In this document: positions 31,039 through 40,994 of the stretch, piece by piece | Layout: each line of letters opens with the position of its first letter | How positions within the stretch are numbered: position 1 is the stretch's first letter | Assembly: GCA_965226885.1 (NCBI GenBank) | Contig: CBDDEL010000011.1 | Coordinates: forward strand, 256,001 to 320,000 | Length of the DNA stretch: 64,000 bases | Source of the DNA: Opitutales bacterium | GTDB taxonomy: Bacteria; Verrucomicrobiota; Verrucomicrobiia; Opitutales; UBA2987 | Direction of reading: 5' to 3' | The notes under the pieces: generated by a model | Database searches by the model: none | What the model was told of the DNA's origin: nothing | The model's input: the letters and a program-made list of their open reading frames with translations, nothing else | Program-made: the position numbers and the translations under genes

Positions 31039-32391
31039 TTAGTGCCAAGCGGCCAGGGTAGCCTCGAAGTCGAATACCTCCTGGGCGTTTCCCCTCATGA
31101 TGCGCGGGGCTATCTCGAGGGCGTCCTGTTCCGAAAAATAGTCATCCGCGACCAATTCGGAGAGGACTCGGATAATCCCATCCCGGGCCAGGCGGGCATG
31201 GCCGACAATCGTCTCGACGGATACATAATCTCCGCCAAAAGCGAATAATTTGCTGGCCGGCGCTGCCAATAAAGCCTCTTTGAGAAAACGGCTGCTGGCC
31301 ACCGGGTTAATGATCCAGGCCCAGCACAGATCGATGTAAACATTGGGATAATGTTTGGCCAGGGCGATGTATTCGTCCTGATAAGGATAGCCTATGTGCA
31401 TCAAAATGAACTTCACATTGGGGTGGGCCTGAATGACGGGACAAAGGTCGCTGGCATTGCGGCGCAGACGGTCGAGCGGCATGTGGTTGACCCCGGCATA
31501 ATAGCCGGTGTGTAGTTTTACGGGCAGCTTGTATTCGGCGGCTTTGTGCAAGCAGTAGTTAAATAAATGGTTGCCGAGTGCTAATGTATCAGCATCGGAA
31601 AGGGCATCGCCTTTAGCTAACCGGGCGAATAACGGAGCGGCCTCGTTTTTGGAAACAGGCGCATAATTTAGCCGCCGGACGTAGGCGCTCTGGTTTTTCA
31701 GGGCGATGGCCCGAGGCCCATAGGTTTCGAAATACCAGTCGATAACCGCGTGCCAGTCTTCAATCGTCGATGGTTCGATCCCGGCAGGTTCCGCAATGGT
31801 CAAATCGAGCTCCGTACTCATGGCCACGAAGGAGAGGTCCTGGTAGAGCAATTCGGGATATTCGGTTTCATAAAAAACCGCATCAAGGGCATTCACCTGG
31901 GCGGATTCCACTCCCGCGTAATCATGCAAAATCTTTTTGTAGAATCCTTTTTGGACCAGTTTTTCCATTTTCCGGTCAACGCGTTCGACGCTGCCTTCAT
32001 AAACCTCTTCTTCATCGAAAAGCTCGCGAAAAGTGATGCGCAAGGCCTGCAGGAATCCAGTATTTTTGGTTTTTTGAAAGTAGGGTTCGATAATCCGCCA
32101 TTTGTCCCGGGAGGAGATCTCATTGCGGGAAAGGCCGAAGACCTTGTAAACCTCTTCCGCAGTCATTCCGGCGGAGAGCAAATCGTCGAGGGAGTATTGC
32201 AAAAAAAGGTAGGGCCAGTCGTTGCGTTTGTAGCCCAAAAATAGAGGCATCCACCCGTCGTATGGCGGCACAGGGGAATCTTTGCCGCGCCACTCAAGCC
32301 GCCGTGATTCTTCAATCAGGTGCTCGTGGGTGTCTATGAAAAGGGTCTCCTCGACCAACTCCCCGATGCTTTGAATAACGTGCATAGTCAA
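31039..32391 (-). CDS. Amidohydrolase-superfamily metallohydrolase (amidohydro_2 / uronate-isomerase-like)
   Basis: Metal motifs IDTHEH, VKLHTG, LMHIGYPY and FGGD. Confidence 0.82.
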   Translation of the reverse strand: MTMHVIQSIGELVEETLFIDTHEHLIEESRRLEWRGKDSPVPPYDGWMPLFLGYKRNDWPYLFLQYSLDDLLSAGMTAEEVYKVFGLSRNEISSRDKWRIIEPYFQKTKNTGFLQALRITFRELFDEEEVYEGSVERVDRKMEKLVQKGFYKKILHDYAGVESAQVNALDAVFYETEYPELLYQDLSFVAMSTELDLTIAEPAGIEPSTIEDWHAVIDWYFETYGPRAIALKNQSAYVRRLNYAPVSKNEAAPLFARLAKGDALSDADTLALGNHLFNYCLHKAAEYKLPVKLHTGYYAGVNHMPLDRLRRNASDLCPVIQAHPNVKFILMHIGYPYQDEYIALAKHYPNVYIDLCWAWIINPVASSRFLKEALLAAPASKLFAFGGDYVSVETIVGHARLARDGIIRVLSELVADDYFSEQDALEIAPRIMRGNAQEVFDFEATLAAWH

Positions 32392-32445
32392 GCTTCAGTT
32401 TTTTCCAGGTAAGAGCGGAACTTTCTTGGATTCAATATGGGCGGA

Positions 32446-34827
32446 TTAAAAGCGATAGGCAAGGACTCCTTCCAGGCGGAAGGGCAGTTCGCGCCCGACG
32501 AAGACATTGCTGCCGAATTCGTCGCCGTTGTGGTTCCAGTTGCGTTCATCGGTCAGGTTGAGGAAATTGAGGGTAATCTCCCAGGAGGATTTTTTTAAGG
32601 TTAGAGCGGCATTGAGGGAATATTGGGCAGGGATGGTGTATTGTCCCAGCAAATTGCCGTTTTGGGAAGACTGAACCCGGCTCCAGAGCCGAAAACCGAG
32701 GCCGTTTTCCCAACGCCAGGAAGCGCCTCCGTTGAAGGTCCATTTGGAAAAGCCGGAAATGCGGTAGTCTCCCGGTATCACTTGCCCGTCGGGGCCGATC
32801 AGGGCTGGCTCGGGCGGTGCGGCCAGCGGGGTGTCGATATCGTAGAGTCCGTTGAGATCGATTCCTCCCAGTACAAAGGGTGAGGCGTTTCGGTAGTTCC
32901 CAAGATTATAGGACAGATTGGCCAATAGATGGAATTGCTCGCTGGGTTGAAAAACGGCCTCGAATTCCACTCCTCGAACCCGGATTCCACTCCGCCCGCC
33001 GCCCAATTCGGAGCGATTCCTATCCTGCCGGAAAGCCGTGGCCGAGAGGTAAAGGTGGTCCTCCAGCAAACCGAGACGGACCCCGAATTCGTAAAGATCG
33101 CTGCGGGTGCGAAAGTCCTCCCTGTCTATCCGTCCGCCGGAAAGCATGATGGCGCCTCCTCCGCTGCTCCCGCTGACGGCATGGGTGCGATTGAAGGTTC
33201 CGTAGAAAGATAGATTGTCGGAAGGCTGGTAGATCAGGCTGGCATTGAAGTCGGCACTGTAATAATCGTGGCGGTCGTTCCAGGCGGCGGTGGCGCCGGC
33301 GGGCGGCAGGGGGTCGGTCACATCGGCAAAGTAGGCATTGCCCCGCAAACCGTAGAGGAGGCTCAGCCGGTCGCTCAAATCCAGTTCCTGCTGCCAGAAA
33401 ATGGCCGGATTCCAAAGTTTGGAGTGAGTGGTTTCGGGGAGGCCCTCCTCGGCGCCGAGAAACAGCTTTCCGCCAGGTCCGGGCTGCCCGTAAAGGCCGT
33501 ACAAATCCTCTGCCCGAAAGGTGACGCCCTCGGTTATGTCGTAGGCATAGGGGTAGTAGTTGAAGTAGTTCATGTAGGCTTCCCGCTCCTCATAGCGCAA
33601 GGTAAACCCGGCAATGCCCTCCTGCTCGAAGCCCAAAAATCGAAAAGAACCGTGCGCCTCGGTGCGGTTTTCGAAGGTGAACTGGCGAACGTATTCGGTG
33701 TAGGAAAATTCGTGGTGGCGCCTGCGGTTTATGGTTTCGACAAATGTTCGGTTGACGAATTTCCAGGCGGGAGAAGCCTGCATGGTGGCAATCAACTGGG
33801 TGCGGAACAGATTGGCATTGCTGAAATCGCCCCTTGAAAGCAGGGTCTGTTCCGGCTGAAAATTGGTCACACCGGTTACGTGGGTGCGAATGCTGAAGAA
33901 ATCGGGAGCGATCTGCACAGTATCGGTGGGAGCGCCTTTAAGGTATTGATTGTCGTGAATGAGGCCATCGTAGGGCCGATTGACCCCCAGTAGTTGGGGG
34001 GCGGCCTGCCAGATATACTGAGCATTCCAATGCAAAGACATTTTCTCATTCGGCTTCCAGGAAAGGGCCAGGAAAAGGTCCTGATAGTCTTCCCGGCCAC
34101 CGTTTTTATGAAAGAAAGTTTCACTTTCCTTGCCGTCGTAACTGATCCGCAAAGCTAGTTTATCGGGAATTAGGGGCCGATTATGGTCGATGGAGATTGC
34201 GCCGTTAAAAAACGAGGTGTGACCCGGGGCCAGCGTTCCCAGCCTCAAAGCCACGGATGTAAAGGTTTCCTCAAATCGTGGTTTTTTGGTCACGTAATTG
34301 ATATAACCGCCGCTTTCAAAACCGGGACCGTAAACGACCGAGCCGGGCCCGCGCACGATTTCGAGGGATTCAACGCTATTGAAACTAGGATCGGTCCCGA
34401 AAACATTGGCGCTCAGGCGCTGGCCGTTGAGATAGGTTTCGGCCACGTCCCCCCGGATATTCGGTGTGGTGTTGTTTCCGTAACTGGAAGGGGAGTAGGC
34501 GCCGGGGCTTAATTCGATCATTTCCGCCACGCTGTCTATGCCGCGGTTTCTCAAAAGAGCTTCCGTAATTACGCTGACCCCGCGAGGCGTCTGCAACAGG
34601 CTGCGGTCGTTACCGAAGACCGAGTCCACGGTTTCGGCCAGCGGAATGATGGATTCCCGGGGAGATATTCCTTTGACCACAAATTCCTGCAGGGAGGCAA
34701 TATCCGCTACGTCCTCCCCGGTCTGGCCGAAAATCATTTCGCCAGGAGCCAAGAATATAATTATTGCCGGAAGTATTGGAAAAATCAGTTTTCCGGGCAG
34801 CGATGGTTGTTTTTTCATGTTCGTCAT
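32446..34827 (-). CDS. TonB-dependent outer-membrane receptor, probably for thiamin or its precursors
   Basis: Signal peptide; plug motifs TPRGVSVI, NIRG and LEIVRGPGSVVYG; C-terminal NLTD...LAYRF; TPP riboswitch upstream. Confidence 0.9.
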   Translation of the reverse strand: MTNMKKQPSLPGKLIFPILPAIIIFLAPGEMIFGQTGEDVADIASLQEFVVKGISPRESIIPLAETVDSVFGNDRSLLQTPRGVSVITEALLRNRGIDSVAEMIELSPGAYSPSSYGNNTTPNIRGDVAETYLNGQRLSANVFGTDPSFNSVESLEIVRGPGSVVYGPGFESGGYINYVTKKPRFEETFTSVALRLGTLAPGHTSFFNGAISIDHNRPLIPDKLALRISYDGKESETFFHKNGGREDYQDLFLALSWKPNEKMSLHWNAQYIWQAAPQLLGVNRPYDGLIHDNQYLKGAPTDTVQIAPDFFSIRTHVTGVTNFQPEQTLLSRGDFSNANLFRTQLIATMQASPAWKFVNRTFVETINRRRHHEFSYTEYVRQFTFENRTEAHGSFRFLGFEQEGIAGFTLRYEEREAYMNYFNYYPYAYDITEGVTFRAEDLYGLYGQPGPGGKLFLGAEEGLPETTHSKLWNPAIFWQQELDLSDRLSLLYGLRGNAYFADVTDPLPPAGATAAWNDRHDYYSADFNASLIYQPSDNLSFYGTFNRTHAVSGSSGGGAIMLSGGRIDREDFRTRSDLYEFGVRLGLLEDHLYLSATAFRQDRNRSELGGGRSGIRVRGVEFEAVFQPSEQFHLLANLSYNLGNYRNASPFVLGGIDLNGLYDIDTPLAAPPEPALIGPDGQVIPGDYRISGFSKWTFNGGASWRWENGLGFRLWSRVQSSQNGNLLGQYTIPAQYSLNAALTLKKSSWEITLNFLNLTDERNWNHNGDEFGSNVFVGRELPFRLEGVLAYRF

Positions 34828-34873
34828 TTTTTGTCGGGGCCACCGGCAAAAGGATCGGTCAAACGAACACGCT

Positions 34874-34970
34874 GAACATTCCCTCCGCCGGCATGATCCG
34901 GATCAGGTTCAAAGGGTCAAGGGTTGTTCGCACCCAAATCTCAGCCCCACGCGAGGGACTCCCCGTATAT
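34874..34970 (-). ncRNA. TPP (thi-box) riboswitch
   Basis: The minus strand reads ggggagtccc...ggggCTGAGAtttgggtg...accctttgaACCTGATCcggatcATGCCggCGgAGGGAa, the canonical TPP aptamer consensus. Confidence 0.93.
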
Positions 34971-34986
34971 CTTTATTTACTTAAAG

Positions 34987-35046
34987 AATGTATGGAATTT
35001 ATCCCCTATTGCAATAGGCAATGGTAATATTGGCAATGGTAATATT
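34987..35046 (-). promoter_or_regulatory. Putative sigma70 promoter for the riboswitch transcript, with an overlapping palindrome and a tandem repeat
   Basis: TTGCAA-N16-TACATT on the minus strand; palindrome cctattgcaatagg at 35005-35018; ggcaatggtaatatt x2 at 35017-35046. Confidence 0.45.
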
Positions 35047-35076
35047 CATTCGAGTAAACTTTCCATTCTATCGAAA

Positions 35077-35664
35077 TCAGGCAGATACAGCCATTTGCTC
35101 GGCTTTGATGGCAGCTTGCGCTCCATTTTGCGCCCGGACGATTCCCGACATGGCCTCAATATCCAGTTCCCGGTCCAGAAAATTACGGATTTTCAGGGAT
35201 TGCAGAAAGGGATCGGTTATAATGTTGGCATAATGGAGATTGAGAAATTCGATGCCCTCGTGCTCAGCCATCCAGTCCTTGACCCGTTGGCGGTGGGCGC
35301 CGAGCAAATAGGCTTTTTGGGTCAGGCGCAAATACATGGCGTGCGGATTTTCAAGCGAGAGGGCATGGCCGGCATCGACGATATCCTGCAAGTCGCGGTT
35401 GAGGTAAAGCACCCGGAAAGCTTTTTCGGGAGGCAGGTTGTAGAGATACATGGAATATAGCTTTACCACCTTGCCCTTGGCTTTGCGGACAAGCTTTGGA
35501 AACCGGGCCAGGTATTCGAGGCTGTTCCCATCCAGGAGCCTTTTAAAAAAATCGTCCTCCGGGTCTTCGGGCTGGTCTAAGAAAACGGACATGCCGCCGG
35601 CTTGGAGCATATCGACTACTAGAGATAAACCTGAGCAGGGCAAACCTGATACGATGTAAATCAT
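35077..35664 (-). CDS. Sulfotransferase-fold (P-loop) protein with a degenerate motif
   Basis: IYIVSGLPCSGLSLVVDMLQAGG resembles the VSGLPRSGTS family motif; also GKVVK and YLNRDL. Confidence 0.6.
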   Translation of the reverse strand: MIYIVSGLPCSGLSLVVDMLQAGGMSVFLDQPEDPEDDFFKRLLDGNSLEYLARFPKLVRKAKGKVVKLYSMYLYNLPPEKAFRVLYLNRDLQDIVDAGHALSLENPHAMYLRLTQKAYLLGAHRQRVKDWMAEHEGIEFLNLHYANIITDPFLQSLKIRNFLDRELDIEAMSGIVRAQNGAQAAIKAEQMAVSA

Positions 35665-35761
35665 GGATTCATTTTTGAAGTCCGATACCGATTTGATGTG
35701 GGAACGGAAATGGAGAGTTCTGCCACATAAATCGACCGTTGGCCGGTCGGACTTAGAAAAA

Positions 35762-37836
35762 CTATTTGCGGGTAAATTTCCGCTTCCAAATTTTATCCAC
35801 GCCGCGACGGAACCGGCGGCCATCGGCATTCAAATAATGCGAAGGCAAAATTCCGGCCGGGTCGAGGTCTCGAACTTTTTTGAAACTTTCCTTAAACCGT
35901 TCCGGACAATTGCTGAAAATGAACGGGGGGAGGTAATGAAAACCGAAAAAGCTTAAGAAAAGGTCTCCGGCGAAAAGAAAGTCATGCTTTTGGCTGTAAT
36001 ATCCACAATGGCCCTTGGTGTGGCCGGGAAGATGAATCACCTGCAGCCCGCCCCAATAGGGAAGCGTTTGCCCTTCCTCAATAAATTCATGGATGGTTCC
36101 CGGTTGGTAACGGATGACGGCACGGCCCAGAGCCTCCAGCCATCCGCAGATGCGATTTGACGTGTACTGGATTTGTTGGACACGGGATTCTCTTATATTC
36201 ATTGTTTATTGATTAGTGTGTCAGGCGGCTTGTTTTGGTAAAGGGTTTTGTTTTCTCGTTGCCCCCCATGGGGGGCAAATATTTTCCTCGAATTGGACTG
36301 GGCTTTGGTAACTCAGAGAGGAATGTTTGCGATATCGGTTGTAGAAGATTTCCACGTATTCGAAGACAGTTGATCGCAGTTCGCGCTCGTCGGCAAAGTG
36401 GCGGCCTCGAATCGTGCTGGTCTTGAAGCGGCCGTAGAACGATTCCATGGCCGCGTTGTCGTAGCAGTTGCCTTGGGCGCTCATGCTCGGCTTCATGCCT
36501 AGTTCAGAGACCAGCCTCTGATAGTCGTCGCTGGCGTAGGGGCTGCCCCGATCGCTGTGATGAATAATCCCGGTGCGCAGTGTGCCGCGGGTCATGGCCG
36601 CGGCTTTGAGGGCCTTGCCAACCAGCTTCGCGTCGTTGTGGTTGGAAACGCTCCAGCCCAGCAGGCGTCGGCTGAACAGGTCCATCACCGTGGCCAAGTA
36701 CATCCAACCGGCCAGGGTCCGTAGGTAGGTCGTGTCCGCCACCCAGACCTCGTCGATATGGGTCGGCTGGCCATGCTTTTTAAGCACATTGGGGCTGTAA
36801 CCATAGGGATGGTTACTGTTGGTTTTTAATGGCTTAAAGCGTTTACTCTGGGTGCTTTTGATTCCCATTTCACGCATCAGACGCAGAGCCCGGTCACGGC
36901 CGCAATCGATGCCCTCATCATCCTTCAGATGGCGGTGCATTGGCCGATGCCCATAGCGGCCCTTGGCCTCTTTGTGTACCTTCAGGATCGCCCCCTTGAT
37001 TCCCTCGTCCTCGATCCGCCGGGCCGAGGGCGCTCGGTGCCTCCAGCAGTAATAGCCACTGCGACAAATCCCCATCGCCGAGCATATTTCCTCGATCTTG
37101 AAGCGCCCCTCGTTGTCTTTGACAAACTGGTACTTCATTGTTCGTCCTTGGCAAAGTAGCCCACCGTTTTTTTTAGTATCTGGTTGATCCGCTCCGAGCG
37201 GCGCAGCTCTTTGCGAAGACGATCTATCTCGGCCGCCATCTCCTTCGGACTGCTCTGTCGCTTTGAGGTGGCTTCGCCCTGCTGATCGTCCAGATAGAGC
37301 CTCTTCCACCTATACAATTGGTTGGTGTTGACCCCAAGTTTGGTCGATACCTCGGTGGCGCTCAGACCATCGAGTATCATCAGTTGAACTGCCTCATTTT
37401 TGAACTCTATACTAAAGCGTCTTCTTCCCATGCTTCGATTCTCCATTTAGGAGAATCTCGTGTCCACTTTTTCCAGTGCACATCAATTGGCGCCACGGTA
37501 GGGAAATTTACCTTCGAGGTGAATCTGTTCCTCGGGGTGGCCGTAAAAGGTGGCGCCCGTAATCTTGACTAGGGCGGCCAGGTTGCCGCCGTGATCGAGG
37601 TGTCCGTGGGTCAGCAGAATGGCCTTGATGGAAGTCCAATCCAGACCCAGCTTACGCAATTGGTTTTTGATCAGGCGCAATTCGCCCAGCATTCCGGTAT
37701 CGATGAGCACGCACTCCCGGCCGTCCGCCAACAAATGTACATGCCCCACAAAACCGGCCAGCGGATAAAGATTGGGGGGAAGGGTTTTTTCTCTCATTAT
37801 TCTTTTCAAAGCTATCATTAAATGAAAGATTGGCAA
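35762..37836 (-). pseudogene. MBL-fold metallohydrolase split by IS3
   Basis: Motifs LIDTG and THGHLDH in 37486-37836; PGHTKGH, FAGDL and PSH in 35762-36157; the frame rejoins as ...YRGAN|RICGW... Confidence 0.9.
36158..37485 (-). mobile_element. IS3-family element copy 2 (1328 bp; orfA 37135-37446, orfB 36221-37138)
   Basis: Near-identical to copy 1; 3-bp TSD att. Confidence 0.95.
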
Positions 37837-37873
37837 GTTGCGGAACCTGTTGATCTAATGGAAATTAGATTCA

Positions 37874-38353
37874 ATGATAATTAGGAGATTCTTACCCTTG
37901 CTTTTGCTGGCTGCCTCAACCTTTACCGGTTGCGCTACCACCGATCCTGCCAAAGCACGGGTCAAGCTTTCCATAACTTCCGCCGACTGGATCATCGAAG
38001 AGGAGATGCTGGAATATACGCCGTTGGGGACCTTGGGCGGAGAGGTGCTCGATTTTGTCAACAACCGCCTTATTCATTCGCAAAGGGAAAATCCCGACCT
38101 GGACGACATTTACGTCTATATCGACAATCAGGATGAGAGCCTTTACCCGGATGAATTGAAATACCAGGTCATCCAGGTTCACATGGGATTGCATGGGGCG
38201 GGTGGGGCCAATTTTTTGATGAACAGCAATTGGGTCTATATCTCCTGGCTCCTCGAAAATGACCAGCTTATCGACATCGTGGTGACAAAAGTCATTCCCG
38301 GTTCGCCCTCATCTGAGGAGGAGGAGGCGACCCTGGAATCCCGTATTGAGTAA
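37874..38353 (+). CDS. Hypothetical lipoprotein
   Basis: Signal peptide with lipobox FTG-C; stop codon overlaps the holA start. Confidence 0.7.
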   Translation: MIIRRFLPLLLLAASTFTGCATTDPAKARVKLSITSADWIIEEEMLEYTPLGTLGGEVLDFVNNRLIHSQRENPDLDDIYVYIDNQDESLYPDELKYQVIQVHMGLHGAGGANFLMNSNWVYISWLLENDQLIDIVVTKVIPGSPSSEEEEATLESRIE

Positions 38354-39450
38354 TGTCCAAAGAGTTTGTTTTCATATCCGGTGCGGATGATTTTCTGGTC
38401 TCGCGCATGGCCAAGGGGTTATTCGAGGAAAAGACGCGGGACTTGACCGACGATTTTTGCAAGGAAATCATCAATGGGGCATCCGGTAAAGTATCGGATG
38501 TGGAATTAGCCATGAAACGGTTTCGTCAGGCCGTGCAGACCCTGCCGCTTTTTGGCGAAAAAAAGGTAGTCTGGCTGAAGGAAGTTAATTTTCTGGCCGA
38601 TTCGGTTACCGGACGGGCGGAGGGGACGCTTTCCCAGGTCGATGCGCTCAAGGATATTCTGGAAAATACCGATTCACAGTCAGTCGATATCATTGTCAGT
38701 GCTTCTCCGGTTGATCGCCGCCGCTCGTTTTCCAAATGGTGTGAGAAGAATACCGATTTTCGCCTGGCCGGGAGTGGAAAAAAAAATGAAGATGCCCTGC
38801 CTGCCCTGATCGAAGAGGAATGTCGGCAGCTCGGCGTTTCCATAACCGAGGACGCGGGTGAAATGCTGAAAGCCAAGGTAGGCGGCAATACCCGGTTGGC
38901 TATTGAAGAAATTCGCAAATTGGCCACTTATCTGGGAAGCGAAAATGAGACCATCGAGGAATCCCTGGTGGGAGAATTGGTGCCGGAGTTCGGGGAGAGT
39001 AATTTTTTCGAGGCCGCGGAAGCCTTTTACTCGCTCGACCTGCAATGGACCCTGGAGGCGATCCGCCGTCATTTTTTCAACCAGAAAGATGGGCGGGGTC
39101 TCATCAGTACGCTGCAGGGGCGCAACCGGCTGCTGATCCAGTTGAGGGTCTTGCACGATGCCGGTGAAATCCACCTGGGGGGGAGGGGTTTGAGCAGCCG
39201 GGACCTGCAAAAAGCGGCGGAAACCTATGCCCGGCATTTCGGCGGCATCAAGGATAAAAGCAACTTCAACGTGTTTACCCAGAATCCCTGGTATCTCGGC
39301 CGTCTGGCCCGCACCATCGGGAAGCTCCCCTTGCGGAAATTAATTGATTTTCAAACCAAGTTCCTGGAAACATTCGAGGAGATCGTGCGCCGGCCCAATG
39401 AGCAGGAAGCTGTATTGCGGGACCTTGCCGTGCGCTGTTTAAAAATATAA
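38353..39450 (+). CDS. holA: DNA polymerase III delta subunit
   Basis: Motifs FISGADDFLV, QTLPLFGEKKVVWL and EEIRKLATY; size fits HolA. Confidence 0.85.
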   Translation: MSKEFVFISGADDFLVSRMAKGLFEEKTRDLTDDFCKEIINGASGKVSDVELAMKRFRQAVQTLPLFGEKKVVWLKEVNFLADSVTGRAEGTLSQVDALKDILENTDSQSVDIIVSASPVDRRRSFSKWCEKNTDFRLAGSGKKNEDALPALIEEECRQLGVSITEDAGEMLKAKVGGNTRLAIEEIRKLATYLGSENETIEESLVGELVPEFGESNFFEAAEAFYSLDLQWTLEAIRRHFFNQKDGRGLISTLQGRNRLLIQLRVLHDAGEIHLGGRGLSSRDLQKAAETYARHFGGIKDKSNFNVFTQNPWYLGRLARTIGKLPLRKLIDFQTKFLETFEEIVRRPNEQEAVLRDLAVRCLKI

Positions 39451-39452
39451 TT

Positions 39453-40994
39453 ATGAAAAAAGAGTCCTGGCTGTTTATCAGCTGCATCGTCGCTTTAACG
39501 ACTACGTCGTTTGGATTTATCGTTAGAGCTTTTTTAATCACTGAATGGGGGGTGCGGTTTAATTTGTCGGAATCGCAACTGGGTTCGTTACAAGGGGCCG
39601 GTTTATTTCCCTTTGCGCTCAGCATTATTTTTTTCAGCCTGGTCATCGACCGTTTGGGATATGGGCGCACGATGGCGATAGCCTGGGTGGGGCATGTAAC
39701 ATCGGCCGTCATTACCGTAACGGCCACTAATTACATCGGACTTTATGTCGGCACTTTGCTTTTCGCTTTGGCCAACGGCGCTGTGGAGGCGACCATTAAT
39801 CCGGCCACGGCGACTCTATTTCCGAAGAACAAAACACACTACCTCAATATCCTCCATGCCGGATGGCCGGGCGGGCTGGTTCTCGGCGGCATCCTGGCCA
39901 TCAGTATGAGCGGGATCGAAGCGGATTGGGCCTGGCGGCTGAAAATCGGCCTTTTTCTGCTCCCGGCGATCATCTACGGCATCATGCTGCTAACGGTTAA
40001 ATTCCCGACCCAGGAGCGGGTGGCGGCGGGGGTTTCCTACCGGGAAATGCTGAGGGAATTCGGATGGGCCGGTTGCCTCATTTGCTGTTTTTTCATCGCC
40101 TATGCCTTTGATGAAATCCTGGGTGTCTTCGGAATGAGTCTGTCCGGCAGCGTGAAGTTGATCATCGCTGTTGTCCCAACGATATTCTTCGCCGTTTTTT
40201 ACCGCAGTTTCGGGCGTCCGATCTTTATTTTCCTGCTCTGCGTCATGGTGCTTTTGGCCACCACGGAATTGGGCACCGACAGCTGGATCGCGGCGCTCTT
40301 AACCCCGGTGTTGGAAAAATTCGGCAGCAACGCTGGAAACTGGGTTTTGGTTTACACTTCGTTAATCATGTTCATCTTGAGATTTTTTGCGGGACCGATC
40401 ATCCGCTATATTTCACCTCTGGGTTTGCTGGCGGCCTGTTCAGCCATCGCCGCTATAGGGCTCTTCTGGCTCTCGGCTTCGAGCGGGGCGTTGATGATCT
40501 TTTTGGCGGCCACGGTTTACGGAGTGGGCAAGTCCTTTTTCTGGCCGACCACTTTGGGGGTGGTTTCGGAACAGTTCCCCAAAGGCGGCGCTTTGACCCT
40601 CAACGCCATTGCCGGGGTCGGCATGATTTCAGTTGGAGTTTTGGGCAGTCCCTTTCTGGGCACGCTTCAGGACAATGAACTTGAATTGCGTTTATACCAG
40701 GCCGATACCGCTCTTCATGCCAAGGTAACGGGGCCTGCCCAGAAAAAATTCGGCATGACCTACCGGGTCATCGACAAAAGGATGGTCGAAGAATCGTCGG
40801 AGGAAGAAAAGTCCGTCATCAAGGAGGTGCGCAAGGCGAACAACCAGGGAACCTTGGCCAAAGTCTCTATTTTGCCCGTCATCATGTGCGTTTGTTTTAT
40901 AGCCATGATTCTTCATTTTCGCTCCAAAGGCGGTTATAGGCCTGTTTCTATTGAGGAGCAAAATGCGAGCGGCAATGGCAGCGAGGATGGTTAG
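39453..40994 (+). CDS. MFS transporter (sugar-type)
   Basis: About 12 TM segments; motifs IDRLGYG, NGAVEATINP, LHAGWPGG and GKSFFWPT. Confidence 0.85.
   Translation: MKKESWLFISCIVALTTTSFGFIVRAFLITEWGVRFNLSESQLGSLQGAGLFPFALSIIFFSLVIDRLGYGRTMAIAWVGHVTSAVITVTATNYIGLYVGTLLFALANGAVEATINPATATLFPKNKTHYLNILHAGWPGGLVLGGILAISMSGIEADWAWRLKIGLFLLPAIIYGIMLLTVKFPTQERVAAGVSYREMLREFGWAGCLICCFFIAYAFDEILGVFGMSLSGSVKLIIAVVPTIFFAVFYRSFGRPIFIFLLCVMVLLATTELGTDSWIAALLTPVLEKFGSNAGNWVLVYTSLIMFILRFFAGPIIRYISPLGLLAACSAIAAIGLFWLSASSGALMIFLAATVYGVGKSFFWPTTLGVVSEQFPKGGALTLNAIAGVGMISVGVLGSPFLGTLQDNELELRLYQADTALHAKVTGPAQKKFGMTYRVIDKRMVEESSEEEKSVIKEVRKANNQGTLAKVSILPVIMCVCFIAMILHFRSKGGYRPVSIEEQNASGNGSEDG

Noticed and set aside
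34874..34970. Cobalamin riboswitch / BtuB assignment for the TonB receptor
   Set aside because: The leader matches the TPP consensus (CUGAGA, ACCUGAU, AGGGA), not the B12 box
34924..35460. 178-aa plus-strand ORF
   Set aside because: It is antisense to the riboswitch, promoter and sulfotransferase-like gene
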